From NCBI GenBank assembly GCA_951406725.2, contig OX597816.1, positions 66,154,001-66,218,000 of the forward strand: a stretch of 64,000 nucleotides of DNA. Direction: 5' to 3'. The position numbers were made by a program, and so were the translations under genes. The notes below the pieces were generated by a model. It was not told the DNA's origin. It did not search any database and saw only the letters and a program-made list of their open reading frames with translations. Source of the stretch: Octopus vulgaris. Lineage: Eukaryota. This document shows positions 52,701 through 62,945 of the stretch, one piece after another. Numbering within the stretch: the stretch's first letter is position 1; the number at the start of each line of letters is the position of its first letter.

Positions 52701-55700
52701 TAAGTGAAAACTAAATATTGAACAGATTACAAACATTAAACTTGAGTGAAATATTACAAAGGGAAATTTGCTATTTTTACGGTAATTTTAAACTAATTAA
52801 AAGTAATTTTCTATAAGACAAAAAATGTAAAACATACTGTGAAGGCTTCAAAGAGTTCTTCAGGGCTGCTTACTATAATCTGAAATTAGAAAGTTTTATT
52901 TTTTAGATAAACCATTTTTAATATTTCACAACTAAAAACAGAACAAACAGCAAATGCCTTTAAAAGGAAAAATAGCACAGGATATATGACATTTCAAGTA
53001 TCTGAGAGGAAAGGAATGACCTGAAATATTCTAATTGTATTTCTAACACTCTACAGAAAAACACAAACATGCTAATTATATCAGAACTGTTGGAAGAAAC
53101 AAAACAAGGCTAACAACAGAAGAATTAGATAAACACAAATAAATAAATTTTAGATATATATGATATAAATAATTTTAAGTATTGGCTTCCATTCAGTTGT
53201 TTAATCTCATAGCCTAAAAATATTAATTGCGTAAATAAAAAAAATGAAACTTCAAATTACTTTAAAATTTAACCCAATTTTTTTTTAAATTCCAGAATAT
53301 TAAATTCAAATTTTTTGAGTAGAAATACTTCTAGATACACTAAACACCAATCTCATCCTAAGATACATCAATAGTAATCTATTTAGAGGTTATGAGAGGT
53401 AATGGTGTCAATAAGACCCAAAGGTGTCAGGTAATGCTGGGTAAGTACTCTGGACAGACCACAGTTAAGCTCCAGGTTCAGTGATTATGCGAATAAGGAG
53501 TCCAGCGTAGGTCATATATCAGTATGTGTATATATAAAAAAAATTTTTTTTCAGAACGAGATAAAAAACCAAGGCTGTGAAGAATTTAGAACATTTATAA
53601 ATAGGTCTTACAGCTGTTTCCAGGATATTTATTATATCCTTTCATCGGAGATGGTGTGAGAAAATGGTTAAGCAATAGTTAATTTAGATAAGATACGAAA
53701 TAGAGAGTGAAGTAGAAGAATGAAAATAGATGTGAGATATGCAGAGATATTGCATTTGTAATTCCATTATTTAGGCAGAATGGTATATACATATAAGATT
53801 CCAATACCAGGTATTGGAATCTCATTTATCTCATTCTGAAAAAAAAAAAATTTTTTTATATAATAATCTATTTATTAATCTATATATTCTTAAAGCAGGC
53901 CACTATCTTCTTTTTTTGCACAAAAATGATGAATCTACAGATCAACCAATTATCTTGAAATAGAAAGGGAAATGAACAAAATGTTTTTATACTTTTTTCA
54001 TTTGCCATTGGTGTTGCTCTTAAAAGTATGATGGTTGTAAGATTAAAGTGCAGGATTACTGACCACATAATTGTACTCTAAGCAAGGCCTCTAAATCTGC
54101 TTCTTCCTACTTAAGTGGTTAGGTAAAATAGATATCCAACTGTTAAGTTAAATCTACCAGAGACTCGCTCTCCTCCACCATATATCAGTTGTCTTTTATC
54201 AATAGCTGCTCATATATAGTTTACTCTCTCCTTTTCTCTCATCTCTCAAATCAGGAATGTCCTGTCAGACCACATCATCATTCCAACTCACTGCTCCGCT
54301 GGATATGTAATGTCAGTGTGCATACTTGACAGAGTGTAAGTACCTTCAGAGAAAAGTTGGACCTAAGAAGTATCAGATGTGGTGTACAAGAGAGACGACT
54401 GTGGTAGTATGGTCATATGGCAGGATGAGGATAGCTGTGTGAAAAAGTGCCACACCCTAGCACTTGAGGGAACTTGTGGAAGAGATAGACCCAGGAAGAC
54501 CTGGGATGAGGTGGTGAAGCATGACCTTCGAACATTAGGCGTCACCAAGGCAATGACTAGTGACTGAGACCTTTGGAAATATGCTGTACTTGAGAAAACC
54601 CAGCAAGCCAAGTGAGACCTTAACCCATGGCCTATGCCAGAGGTGTAACCAGCCCACTTGTGCGTACCTTTCCCTCATTGGACACTAAACTCTGCTTGCA
54701 AAGACCGGTTGAGGCAAGTGAAATCGAAATCAAATTCAATGACTGGCATCCATGCTAGTCGAACACTAAGAGCACCATCTGTGCGTGATCATTGCCAAAA
54801 CAGCTGACTGGCTTCAGTGCCGGTGGCATGTAAAAAGACCATTCGAGCATGATCGTTACCAGCATTGCCTTACTAGCACTTGTGCCAGTGGAACGTGAAA
54901 AAATATTCAAGCAACGTCATTGCCAGTGCCGCTGGACTAGCTCCTGTGCAAGTGGCATGCAAAAAACACCATTTGAGCGTGGCCGTTGCCAGTACCATCT
55001 GACTGGCCCTCTTGCTGGTGGCATGTAAAAGCACCCACTACACTCTCGGAGTGGTTGGCGTTAGGAAGGGCTTCCAACTGTAGAAACTCTGCCAGATCAG
55101 ATTGATGTCTGGTGCAACCATCAGGTTCGCCAGTCCTCAGTCAAATCATCCAACCCATGCCAGCATGAAAAGCGGACGTTAAATGATGATGATGATGATT
55201 CTATTGTCTTTGGTATATCAGAAACTGTAGTTATGCTTTTCATACACTCATCCTACATTGTGTAACTGACAGTAGTGGGTGCTTTTTACATGCCACTGGT
55301 ACAGCATCAGTCATGACTACTATCTCACTTGGCTTGACAGGTCTTCTCAAGCACGGTATGTTGCCAAAGGTCTTGGTCACTTGTCACAGCCTTCAGGAGG
55401 CCCAAAGTTCAAAGGGTGCTTTTTACATACCAGTTACACAACACTGACAGCAGCCACAACTATAGTGCTATTTCTACATAGAGACACACTCCTTAACCCT
55501 TTTATTACTGTATTTATTTTGAGGTGCTCTGTGTTTCTTTCAATTAATTTTAAATATAACGAAGAATTTAATAACTTAATTATCATTAAGCTAGTGTTAG
55601 GAACATAAATTGTGACTAAGGTTTGGTGGAAGACTTTAATTCAGAACTTATAAGACATTCGTACTACAGAACCAGAGGCAGTTTCAGCCAAATATCTTCC

Positions 55701-58700
55701 AATAAGATCATAACTACTTAGTCCACTTCAACAGCACAAGGGAAAAAAAAACCCAATACTATAGATACCAAGAAAATAATTATACATGAAAACAGTTACA
55801 GCATTCAAGATATTATGCATTAAAAACCCATAAACACAGTTAATTTCATTTAAACATTTATCATTTGGTGTCAACTGAACTTGGTAACAGATGCAACTCC
55901 ACTACATCTAGCTTGTGGTGAAGTTGTCGGCTGATATATTGCTTGTTTTTCTATGTAGATCAGTCATTCTGGTTGGGTGCTCATAGTTGATCAGTTATTG
56001 GTATTTGGTTGTCATCATCATCATCATCATCATCGTTTAGCGTCCGTTTTCCATGCTAGCATGGGTTGGACGGTTCTACTGGGGTCTGTGAAGCCAGAAG
56101 GCTTCATCAGGCCCAGTCAAATCTGGCAGTGTTTCTACGGCTGGATGCCCTTCCTAACGCCAACCACTCCGTGAGTGTAGTGGGTGCTTTTTACGTGCCA
56201 CCCGCACTGGTGCCAGACAGAGCTGGCAAACGGCCACGAACGGATGGTGCTTTTTATGTGCCACCGGCACGAGGGCCATGCGAGGCTGGCAACGGACACG
56301 AAACGGGGCGGTGCTGGCAACGGGGCGGTTGTATTTCATGTAATCTCTAGTCTTTCTCTTTTCCTTTAGCATTGCATACAGTGAGTCAGAAGATTAATGA
56401 CCTCAAAGAAGTGAACTTACCAGAGAACGGAGATAATAGGAAGATGCAACAGACATAACAGTACACCTTCTCATGATCACCCAACTCAGATACCCAAAGT
56501 TGACACAGATGCCGAGCATTCACAATTTCTCAAGGCAACCACAAATATATAACATTGTCAATATTGCATCTCAAATGATTCAACTTCCTCTTTAAGACCA
56601 GAAAATATATCAGCTCTGATCAGTTTTAGATCCTCAATAAAGTTCAAAAGTCCGCTTTTAAATATCCAGGAAGGTGCTTATGTTTCACATACACACACAC
56701 CTAATTGTAAATTGCGGTAAAGAAATTATTTTTTAAATCCAGAAGAAATTACTCTTCAACCTGTGCCAACAAGAACCAGCCAAGACCTGGAGTTTGGTAA
56801 ACAGTGCAAAACTCCTCAAGAAACAGCTGTGGGTTTGTAGTAAAGTAGTTTGTTTCACAACCATGTTGATGCTGGTTAAGTCCCAGTGTGAGGCACCTTA
56901 GGCAAGTACCTCCTACTACAGCTTCAGGCTGACCAGTGATTTGTAGGTGGAACTGATAGATGGACACTTGAGAAGCTCATGTAGGTGTTTGTATGCATGC
57001 ATGTGTGTTTGCATGCATGCACATGTGAGACTATTGTTTCTACAAACACTCACTAACACTTCCTGAGCAAAAAAAAAAAAAAACAGGATGTCTTTATTTA
57101 AATAGAAGACTTAGTTTCAGGTTCAGCAGCTTCATTGTTTTCAACATGAGAACTTGTGAAATGAAAATACCTTATTTGAAAATATATAAGGGTTAATGAC
57201 AGGAAGAGCATCTGGCTGGAGAAAATCTACAACAGCATGTTTCATCTAACCCACGCCAACATGGAAAAATAGACATAATGGTATATAAGATTTCGTTCAA
57301 GGGCCAAGAGTTCTGTGTAGCATGAAAAAAAAAGACACAGAACACATGGTAAAGTGGTTGGCATTAGGAAGGGCATCAAACCATAGAAACCATGTCAAAG
57401 CTGACGATGGAGCTCAACACAGCCCTGTGGTCCACCAGATCCTATCAACCTGTCTAACCAATGCCAGCGCAGAAAACAGACCTTAAATGATGGTATTGAT
57501 AATGATTTTTTTTATGTACATTGGTAAAGAATGTTTTAAACATTGGTAAGATGGGGTGAAAACTAAGTCCTTTGACATATTTGTTCTGCACCAAGTTACA
57601 GAGACTTCCTCATCAGAAATGCAGAGAACCAGTGATTGGCCCATTAGAAACTGAACAATGGCACTTGTTTACCAACTGTGATATGAAATAAAATTATCAA
57701 ATGATAAGAAAGAATGAAATACAGCTATTAATACCCATTTGAATCCTGATAAGCTGGCATTAAATAAATTCAACCTGTTGGGTGTCCACAGTCACCTAAT
57801 CTACTGTTTGTTCCTATCTTTCTCTCAGGTAATTTCTAAAGACAACAGATCTTTTATTTGTTTCAGCCAATGGACTGTGGCCATACTGGGGCACTGCTTT
57901 AAAAGGTTTTAGTCAAACAGACCAACACTAGTACTTAATCTTTTACTTAATCTATCAGTCTTTTTAGCCTGACAGCTAACTTACAGAGACACAAACAAGT
58001 CAACACCAGCTATCAAGCAACAATGGAAGTGAAATAAACAAAGACACATGCACATACATATCTTATATATTACATACATATAAGGAGGGGGTGTCTACTT
58101 CTAGCATAATGGATGTCCACTTAGTAGTCATCCCTCTTATATGTATGTAATATAATTTTTCTGAATCTTCAGATTTTTCAATATGCTAGACCACTGGTTT
58201 TAAATTGATATTAATCAAATTAATATTAAATTTTTTACCCTTATTATTTTGAATTATATATATATATATATATATAGGGAGATGTACTCGCATAGCAAGT
58301 AATTTGATCTGAGATCGTGTGCTGAAACGAAAACAATTGCAGCGTGGGAGGTGTTTATAAGCCATTTAAGAAACACACAAAAGCCGTTCGATTCACTCCA
58401 ACATTTAAGTTTAATTTGTCAAAATATTTTCGTCGCTAAAATCCGCGACCTGTTCACTGACAAAGTCCGTGCTGCATCTCAGTGTATATATATATATATT
58501 TAGGTAGTGGGTAGCGATTTTCTTCACTACTTCAGGAAGTGACGACTCTGCCCAACACGAATCCCAGGCTCAGCTGGCTCCAGCTGATAGTAGCTGGTAT
58601 GGGTCCCTATCCAGGGTTACGGAAAGAAGGCAACCTTCAAAGAAATCCGGAGTGGAGCCCCGTAAGTGGTTTAGTTTTCAACTCGACGCTCTTCCGGAAG

Positions 58701-59635
58701 CTCCTGCAACCAAGCTAGTGCCAAACATAATGCTCTGCACTCCTTTGGACTACGTCAGCAAGGTCGAGAGACGAATCCTGACGATTGGGTTACCCAGGAT
58801 TTTCTTACATCTAGCCCAGGCCTGCGCAAAACTGGAGAGGACATGAAATGTAAAAACCAGACTGGATTAGTTTATCCACAACTCCATTGACTCCTGAGAC
58901 AAAAGGATGCTAACAATATATATATATATATATATCATCATTTAATGTCCATTTTCCATGCTGGCATGGGTTGGATGGTTTGACTGGTAAGGTGGGGAGC
59001 AGCATCAGGTTTCAATCTGATCTGGCAAGGTTTCTACAGCTAGATGCCCTTCCTAACGCCTTCCACACCAAGAGTAGTGGGTGCTTTTTACGTGCCACTC
59101 GTACAGGTGCCAGTTGTGGCACGCCAGCATCAGCTATGACTACAATCTCACTTGGCTTGACAGGTCTTCTCAAGCATGGTATATTGCCGAAGGTCTTGGT
59201 CACTTGTCACAGCCTTCAGGAGGCCCAAAGTTCAAAGGTTGCTTCTTACATGCCAGTTACACAACACTGGCGTCAGCCACAACTATATATATATATATAT
59301 ATAAACACACACACGACAAACTTCCAGACAGGTTCCATTTATCAAATTCACTCACAAGGAATTGGCTGGCCCAGGGCTTGCCCCATGCGTCATGCAGTGA
59401 GACTGAACCCATAATCTCATGGTTGCAAAGCAAGCTTCTTAATCGCACAGCCATGCCTGCGTCTATAATCTCATCCACTAATTACAGACTAGGAAATGAA
59501 AATTGATGTTAATATACTTTTTTGGTGTTTCCACCTTAACTTTTTATTTTACATTAGAAAATACAGACTTACCATATCTGCATCTTCATCAATATACTTG
59601 ATTTCAACTTTTCCAAAATTGTAGGCAGTTTTTAT
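18124..59635 (-). CDS. NBR1: NBR1 autophagy cargo receptor homolog, multi-exon and 5'-incomplete: join(59573-59635,52838-52879,51723-51838,50057-50147,47928-48161,46646-46757,46173-46245,43844-44089,42339-42491,41901-42021,40059-40173,39224-39354,37162-37468,34647-34814,32359-32592,29428-30007,20607-20718,18124-18582)
   Basis: All 18 exons have AG/GT ends and chain in phase into one open frame. Domains appear in NBR1 order: PB1 (IKYIDEDAD), ZZ (CDYC...CGNCPDYDLCEQC...H), Lys/Glu coiled coil, FW (WRMKNTG...W...YWKL...FGPRVWCSI), LIR (DSDFYIVPLPDCFD), amphipathic helix, UBA (LIEMGFANRELN). Confidence 0.95.
20607..20718 (-). CDS. NBR1: NBR1 exon, amphipathic (juxta-UBA-like) helix (MAVHVASKVVHAYSTAKDAFYSL)
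   Basis: ttgcag|...CCT|gtaagt; 112 nt, phase 2/0; resembles the ALSVAASAYKALF helix of vertebrate NBR1. Confidence 0.87.
21315..22903 (+). mobile_element. Decayed, 5'-truncated Penelope-like retroelement (RT + GIY-YIG endonuclease + 3' pLTR, inverted terminus at the 5' end)
   Basis: HKDGIPLSPIVS, SLDVISLFTKVP, MGSPLS, WLRYVDGTF, VYRKPT..YLNFNSHHP and CVYSIPCNCGSLYQGKT..R..EH over broken frames; imperfect 13-bp TSD aagaccaacatat (21298) / aaggccaaaatat (22902). Confidence 0.92.
22808..22853 (+). ncRNA. Minimal type-I hammerhead ribozyme motif in the Penelope pLTR
   Basis: GACAC-CTGATGA-A-GGCCG..CAGCC-GAAA-TG-TT-GTGTT: stem I GACAC/GTGTT with intact CUGAUGA and GAAA boxes. Confidence 0.75.
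23371..23678. mobile_element. piggyBac-type MITE
   Basis: TTAA|CCCCTTACC ... GGTAAGGGG|TTAA: 9-bp TIR with TTAA target duplication. Confidence 0.8.
23729..23814. repeat. 86-bp palindrome made of two overlapping hammerhead-like motifs (family E)
   Basis: Plus: CAGT-CTGGTGA-T-GG..CC-GAAA-CTTCAAAG-TC-ACTG. Minus: CAGT-CCAATGA..GAAA-CTTCG-TC-ACTG. Centre gactgcagtc. Confidence 0.6.
25637..26129. mobile_element. Head-to-head palindromic dimer of a tRNA-head + Penelope pLTR + hammerhead unit
   Basis: Arms are reverse complements around ~25857; A box TGGCGTATTGG (25876), B box GGTTCGATTCC (25920); hammerhead-like motifs at 25670-25715(-) and 26005-26050(+); matches 22690-22903. Confidence 0.85.
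29428..30007 (-). CDS. NBR1: NBR1 exon with poly-Q/His low-complexity tract
   Basis: atttcag|...AG|gtagac; 580 nt, phase 1/2, needed to keep frame; SVDEL motif at the start. Confidence 0.88.
30950..31850 (-). mobile_element. Decayed CR1/Jockey-like LINE RT fragment
   Basis: ALNINKAFDHVWH motif near 31610-31650; many stops; boundaries approximate. Confidence 0.55.
32359..32592 (-). CDS. NBR1: NBR1 exon carrying the LIR (SQSDSDFYIVPLPDCFDP)
   Basis: ctttag|...G|gtaagt; 234 nt, phase 1/1; acidic residues, then F-x-x-V, then LPxCFD, as in the NBR1 LIR. Confidence 0.93.
34647..34814 (-). CDS. NBR1: NBR1 exon (DVSPPKSPTPD...DYNPFAKDW)
   Basis: gtgacag|...AG|gtaggt; 168 nt, phase 1/1. DVSPPKSP follows NTP as in NBR1. 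An alternative in-phase donor lies at 34668. Confidence 0.8.
37162..37468 (-). CDS. NBR1: NBR1 exon (ELGDYPGS...QDLLSFENLNM...ATPNNTPL)
   Basis: ttcacag|...G|gtaagc; 307 nt, phase 0/1; DLLSFE and PxNTP resemble conserved NBR1 motifs. Confidence 0.9.
37722..38052 (-). mobile_element. tRNA-derived SINE, third family (also 30125-30400)
   Basis: gagttcgattccc B box on the minus strand; tail gaccatgggattgc...ggcaaggttgtttatggaagacc also seen inside the 9.6-kb LINE. Confidence 0.7.
39224..39354 (-). CDS. NBR1: NBR1 exon, FW domain end (GKYLSYWKL...FGPRVWCSIEV)
   Basis: gttccag|...GAG|gttagg; 131 nt, phase 1/0. Confidence 0.95.
40059..40173 (-). CDS. NBR1: NBR1 exon, FW domain (VTVPFLQPGEKGDVTVCLSAPEQP)
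   Basis: taattag|...|gtcagt; 115 nt, phase 0/1. Confidence 0.93.
41901..42021 (-). CDS. NBR1: NBR1 exon, FW domain (AAFVCDVTIPDGT...KTWRMKNTGKFAWT)
   Basis: tttgatag|...|gttagt; 121 nt, phase 2/0; diagnostic FW-domain motif. Confidence 0.95.
42339..42491 (-). CDS. NBR1: NBR1 exon, coiled coil (KMAKMLNKKKKEEKLMELQMKYDEKLKR)
   Basis: gaccag|...|gtaagt; 153 nt, phase 2/2. Confidence 0.88.
43439..43763. mobile_element. Palindromic short element (family B, GUGAACA hammerhead-like) with 12-bp TSD
   Basis: Arms inverted about gtgctgcac (43572-43580); flanked by a perfect ATTGAGTAATAT direct repeat at 43427 and 43764. Confidence 0.85.
43844..44089 (-). CDS. NBR1: NBR1 exon, ZZ zinc finger second half (NCPDYDLCEQCE...HDSTHVFLKLRRP)
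   Basis: gttgcag|...|gtaaag; 246 nt, phase 2/2. Confidence 0.92.
44337..44737 (-). mobile_element. Non-autonomous Helitron-like element (also 39516-39787 and 46808-47176)
   Basis: Minus strand starts TCT(A/C)TATA and ends in a GC hairpin plus CTAG; internal (CA)n; no TSD. Confidence 0.7.
46173..46245 (-). CDS. NBR1: NBR1 exon, ZZ zinc finger first half (WHEGIICDYCQRTIVGVRFKCG)
   Basis: ttcttag|...|gtgagt; 73 nt, phase 1/2; ZZ consensus. Confidence 0.95.
46646..46757 (-). CDS. NBR1: NBR1 exon (LKQELKSEIVQDVM...ADSPY)
   Basis: cattaaag|...C|gtaagt; 112 nt, phase 0/1. An in-frame CAG acceptor 9 nt downstream is also possible. Confidence 0.8.
47928..48161 (-). CDS. NBR1: NBR1 exon (AVPSLKNLS...LTQLLKQ)
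   Basis: ttttag|...CAA|gtgaga; 234 nt, phase 0/0; overlaps ORF 47877-48149. Confidence 0.85.
50057..50147 (-). CDS. NBR1: NBR1 exon (TNQPAIVDM...RDEETGAVIRSK)
   Basis: ttttcag|...|gttagt; 91 nt, phase 2/0, bridging the neighbouring phases. Confidence 0.8.
51723..51838 (-). CDS. NBR1: NBR1 exon (MAKRNNDELELLINS...NPFAGKDSST)
   Basis: ctctgtag|...|gtaagt; 116 nt, phase 0/2; end of PB1. Confidence 0.85.
52838..52879 (-). CDS. NBR1: NBR1 exon, PB1 domain (IIVSSPEELFEAFT)
   Basis: aatttcag|...ACA|gtatgt; 42 nt, phase 0/0; continues the OPCA motif. Confidence 0.85.
53531..53862 (-). mobile_element. Short element (family D) with inverted termini and a hammerhead-like motif at 53605-53652
   Basis: ~35-bp inverted ends; internal 27-bp palindrome at 53796-53822; TCT-CCGATGA-A-AGGATAT..ATATCCT-G-GAAA-CAGCTG-TA-AGA. 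Confidence 0.7.
54310..55198 (+). mobile_element. 3' end of an RTE LINE (ORF C-terminus + 3'UTR + (GAT)n tail)
   Basis: EDSCVKKCHTLALEGTCGRDRPRKTWDEVVKHDLR is an RTE C-terminus; the UTR matches the many short copies in the window. Confidence 0.85.
58278..58476 (-). mobile_element. Single-arm copy of family B inside a (TA)n run
   Basis: Homologous to 43439-43763. Confidence 0.8.
58415..58464 (-). ncRNA. Type-I hammerhead-like motif with G3-C8 swapped core
   Basis: TTTGTCA-GTGAACA-G-GTCGC-GGATTTTA-GCGAC-GAAA-ATAT-TT-TGACAAA: 7-bp stem I, 5-bp stem II, palindromic stem III. Confidence 0.65.
59573..59635 (-). CDS. NBR1: NBR1 exon, PB1 domain (IKTAYNFGKVEIKYIDEDADM)
   Basis: ttgcatacag|...ATG|gtaagt; 63 nt, phase 0/0; PB1 OPCA acidic motif. 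Confidence 0.9.
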
Positions 59636-62600
59636 CTGTATGCAAAAGGAAGAAAGTTAATCAAATCATATAATCAATAAATTTTAAATTGCTAATTAAA
59701 AAAAATACTAACGTATTTATGTAAAATTTCATTTGAACATTCCCTACTTAAAATTTTCAATTCAGGTTCTTGTTTAGCCCAAGTCACTGACACTTGTAAT
59801 CAACATCTGTGACCATGCAGCTTTATTTTTTTCAAAGTACAACACCACATTATCAAATATGACCTTCATTGGGGGGGGGGCATATAGGCACAATATTTTG
59901 AGGAAGGTTTGGTAGCTATTTCTATCAGGTTGAGTGACCAAGTTGAGGATGCTTCCCATCAGCTTGTTTCAATTCTGGTAATGTTAAAAGCTAGGGGCCT
60001 ATCTTCTATATCTAACAGTTAAACCAAGATAATCACAGCTGTCTCAAACTCTAAAGGATCTTTTATAAGGACTGGTGAGAAGCAGATGGAAGGTTTATCT
60101 TCCTCTGTATATGACACTAGTCAAATCACCAGTAAAATCACCAGGCAATCGGATACCAATTATTGACAGCTGTGTGAACTGAGAAAATAAAGAATAAAGT
60201 GTAATTAAATACCTGTTGTCCAGCTGCAACTCATGACTTATCAAATAATCTAATACCTTATCCAAGTAGCCATTCAACTACTAATAAATTGCAGTGATGA
60301 CAGGAGAGTCAGCTTTAGAAAGCAATTTACATGAGAATCTTATTTGCTGTATCTGCATTCAGCAACAATATATGAACTAGGTTTTTAAGAAACTTCCAGA
60401 GGCTTACAATATTCAACCAGACAAAATACACAACCTCTTAACTGAAAAGTTATTAGCTTATCTCCAAATTGCTTATATTTCACTGTATGGCATTTTATAC
60501 AGAACACTTCTGGCTCAGAGTAGGCTAAGTGAAAAGAGAATAAAATCACTTGATTTTGTGACAGTGATGAACACAAAGAAAATTTATGTGTACTTTCGAT
60601 GGCTTTACTTTGTCAAGATGATTAATACCTCTTATTCATCATTTTCATATATTATCTAAATTATTTTACTGTATACGGTATAACAATAATTCAAGAAATA
60701 TGAGGAAGTGATTACAAGATATTACACATTATTCATCATCATCATCGTTTAACGTCCGCTTTCCATGCTAGCATGGGTTGGACGGTTTGACTGAGGGCTG
60801 GCAAACAAGATGGCTGCACCAGGCTCCAGTCTTGATCGGGCAGTTTCTACAGCTGAATGCCCTTCCTAACACCAACCACTCCAAGAGTGTAGTGGGTGCT
60901 TTTACATGCCACTGGCACGGGGGCCAGTCAGGTGATACTGGCAACGACCTCGCTCAAATCTTTTTACACATGCCAACAGCACAGGTGCCAGTAAGGCGAT
61001 GCTGGTAACGAACCCGCTCGAATGGTGCCTCCTACATGCCACCGGCATAGAAGCCAGTTAGACGCTCTGGCAACGATCACGCTCGGATGGTGCTCTTAGC
61101 ACCCTACTAGCACAGGGTACATATTATGAACAGGAATTTGGAAAAAGTAAATCCAAAACCAAAATATAAAAAGATGTCACTAAATAACACAAGGGTTATA
61201 CTAAAAAATGTTACATAAACAATGCTGCTATACAAATAATCAAAGACTATGCATTTTAAGATATAAGACAATTGCTGCTGCTCTTGTTTCTACTTAGCCC
61301 TGGTCAATCCTAATTAAAGACAGAGACTGTTTTTAAGGCAGTTTCGTTTAAGGAGAATTTAGTTGCTATTTTTAAGGTTTATTTAGAATCCTGTGGTTGC
61401 AAAGCAAGCTTCTTCACCACACAGCTATACCAGAAAGACAAGCAATCAGATAGAGTAAGCAAACAGACAGATATAGCTCTAATCTCTTTTTCATTAAGTG
61501 TCATAACCATATCTCTAATGAAATGCTCAGTGTGTTTCAATAAATTTCAAAAAGAATATGTAAGAATTTCATCAAGTTCTTCATTAAATGATATATTAAA
61601 CTTGTGTTTGGAACATAAAAGATTGTTGAATAATATTATAAATTAAAAGGCGGCAAGCTGGCAGAAATGTTAGCACGCCGGGCGAAACGCATAGCCGTAT
61701 TTAGTCTGTTGTTACATTCTAAGTTCAAATTCCGCCAAGGTCGACTTTGCCTTTCATCCTTTCGGGGGTCGATAAATTAAGCACCAGTTACGCACTGGGT
61801 TTGATGTAATCGACAATCCATTTGTCTGTCCTTGTTTGCCCCCTCTGTGTTTAGCCTCTTGTGGGCAGTAAAGAAATTGATATTATAAATTAAACATCAA
61901 CACTTTAAAACTTAGAGGAAGTGAGCTAGTACTCATGGCTTTGATGCTTTCAAGACTGATGATAGGAAAGGAAAAAAGAAATCATGATTCATGAGTTGCT
62001 GAAACAAGAAGCAGTGCTCTAAGTCATCCTCAGATTGGTGACCTACTACAACAGGTACCTAAAGATCAGGTGGTGGTGTTAAAGTGAGGGATGGCGTAAG
62101 TGTACAAATGAAACAGTTGCAGTCCAGTGACCTTCTCCACAGGTTCTGTCTAGCCAGTTAAACACAGCTTGGCTCAACTCAAAGCAATGGTACAATACAC
62201 TTACACAAGACACAATGTAGTGAGATCAAACCTAGAATCACCTGACGGTGATGTCAGCTAAACCACACAACTAGAACTGCACTGTTATTTTCTCAGCAAA
62301 ACAATGTGGTTTATTCTCTGAACAAAACAATCCCAAAAAATTGCATACTTATAAAATTCCCACTCCACACACTCCCTTGGCTTGCAGTTTGTTTTCTTTC
62401 ATTACAAATACAAGCAATAAATCATACAACTTTTTTCACCAATAAAAATGCTAGTTGCTTTTGTAATGAATCCTTAAACAAAATCCTAATTTAAAACAAT
62501 TTTTAAAAAACAGTCAACATCCTCCTTAAACAGTCTGAAAAATAGCTTTGAAACATAGTAGTATCTATTTTTATAGGAAAGCTGTCTGAAATTGCATCAT

Positions 62601-62907
62601 CTGTTATGTCTAAAGACAACATTCTGAAGAAGTATTTGAAGTAACGACCTATTAATTAGTCAGGTTCTAAGTGCTTTAAGTACATTTCATTAATATTGAT
62701 TCAAAAGTATATTCACTTCATTTCAAACACTCAACAGAGTCACAAAACATTGATAATTATAAATAATTAATCAGTAGTTAGGTTACAATTAATTGTAGGC
62801 TAATGTATCAATGATAATAGATAAAAACAAAGCTATATATATATATATACTTTGTCAAAAAAGCAGCAAAGATATAAAAACTGCTTTTTTAGTGCTTACT
62901 CTGGTAT

Positions 62908-62945
<38 letters not shown>

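Noticed and set aside
54760-55030. Recurrent ~45-60-bp gtgccggtggcacgtaaaa units resembling a spaced repeat array
   Set aside because: Internal subrepeats of the RTE 3'UTR shared by all copies; eukaryotic context, not CRISPR.
58500-58915. GC-rich structured segment, possibly an HDV-like ribozyme in an RTE 5'UTR
   Set aside because: A stem-loop is visible (TGGGTAG/CTGCCCA), but I could not build the nested double pseudoknot.
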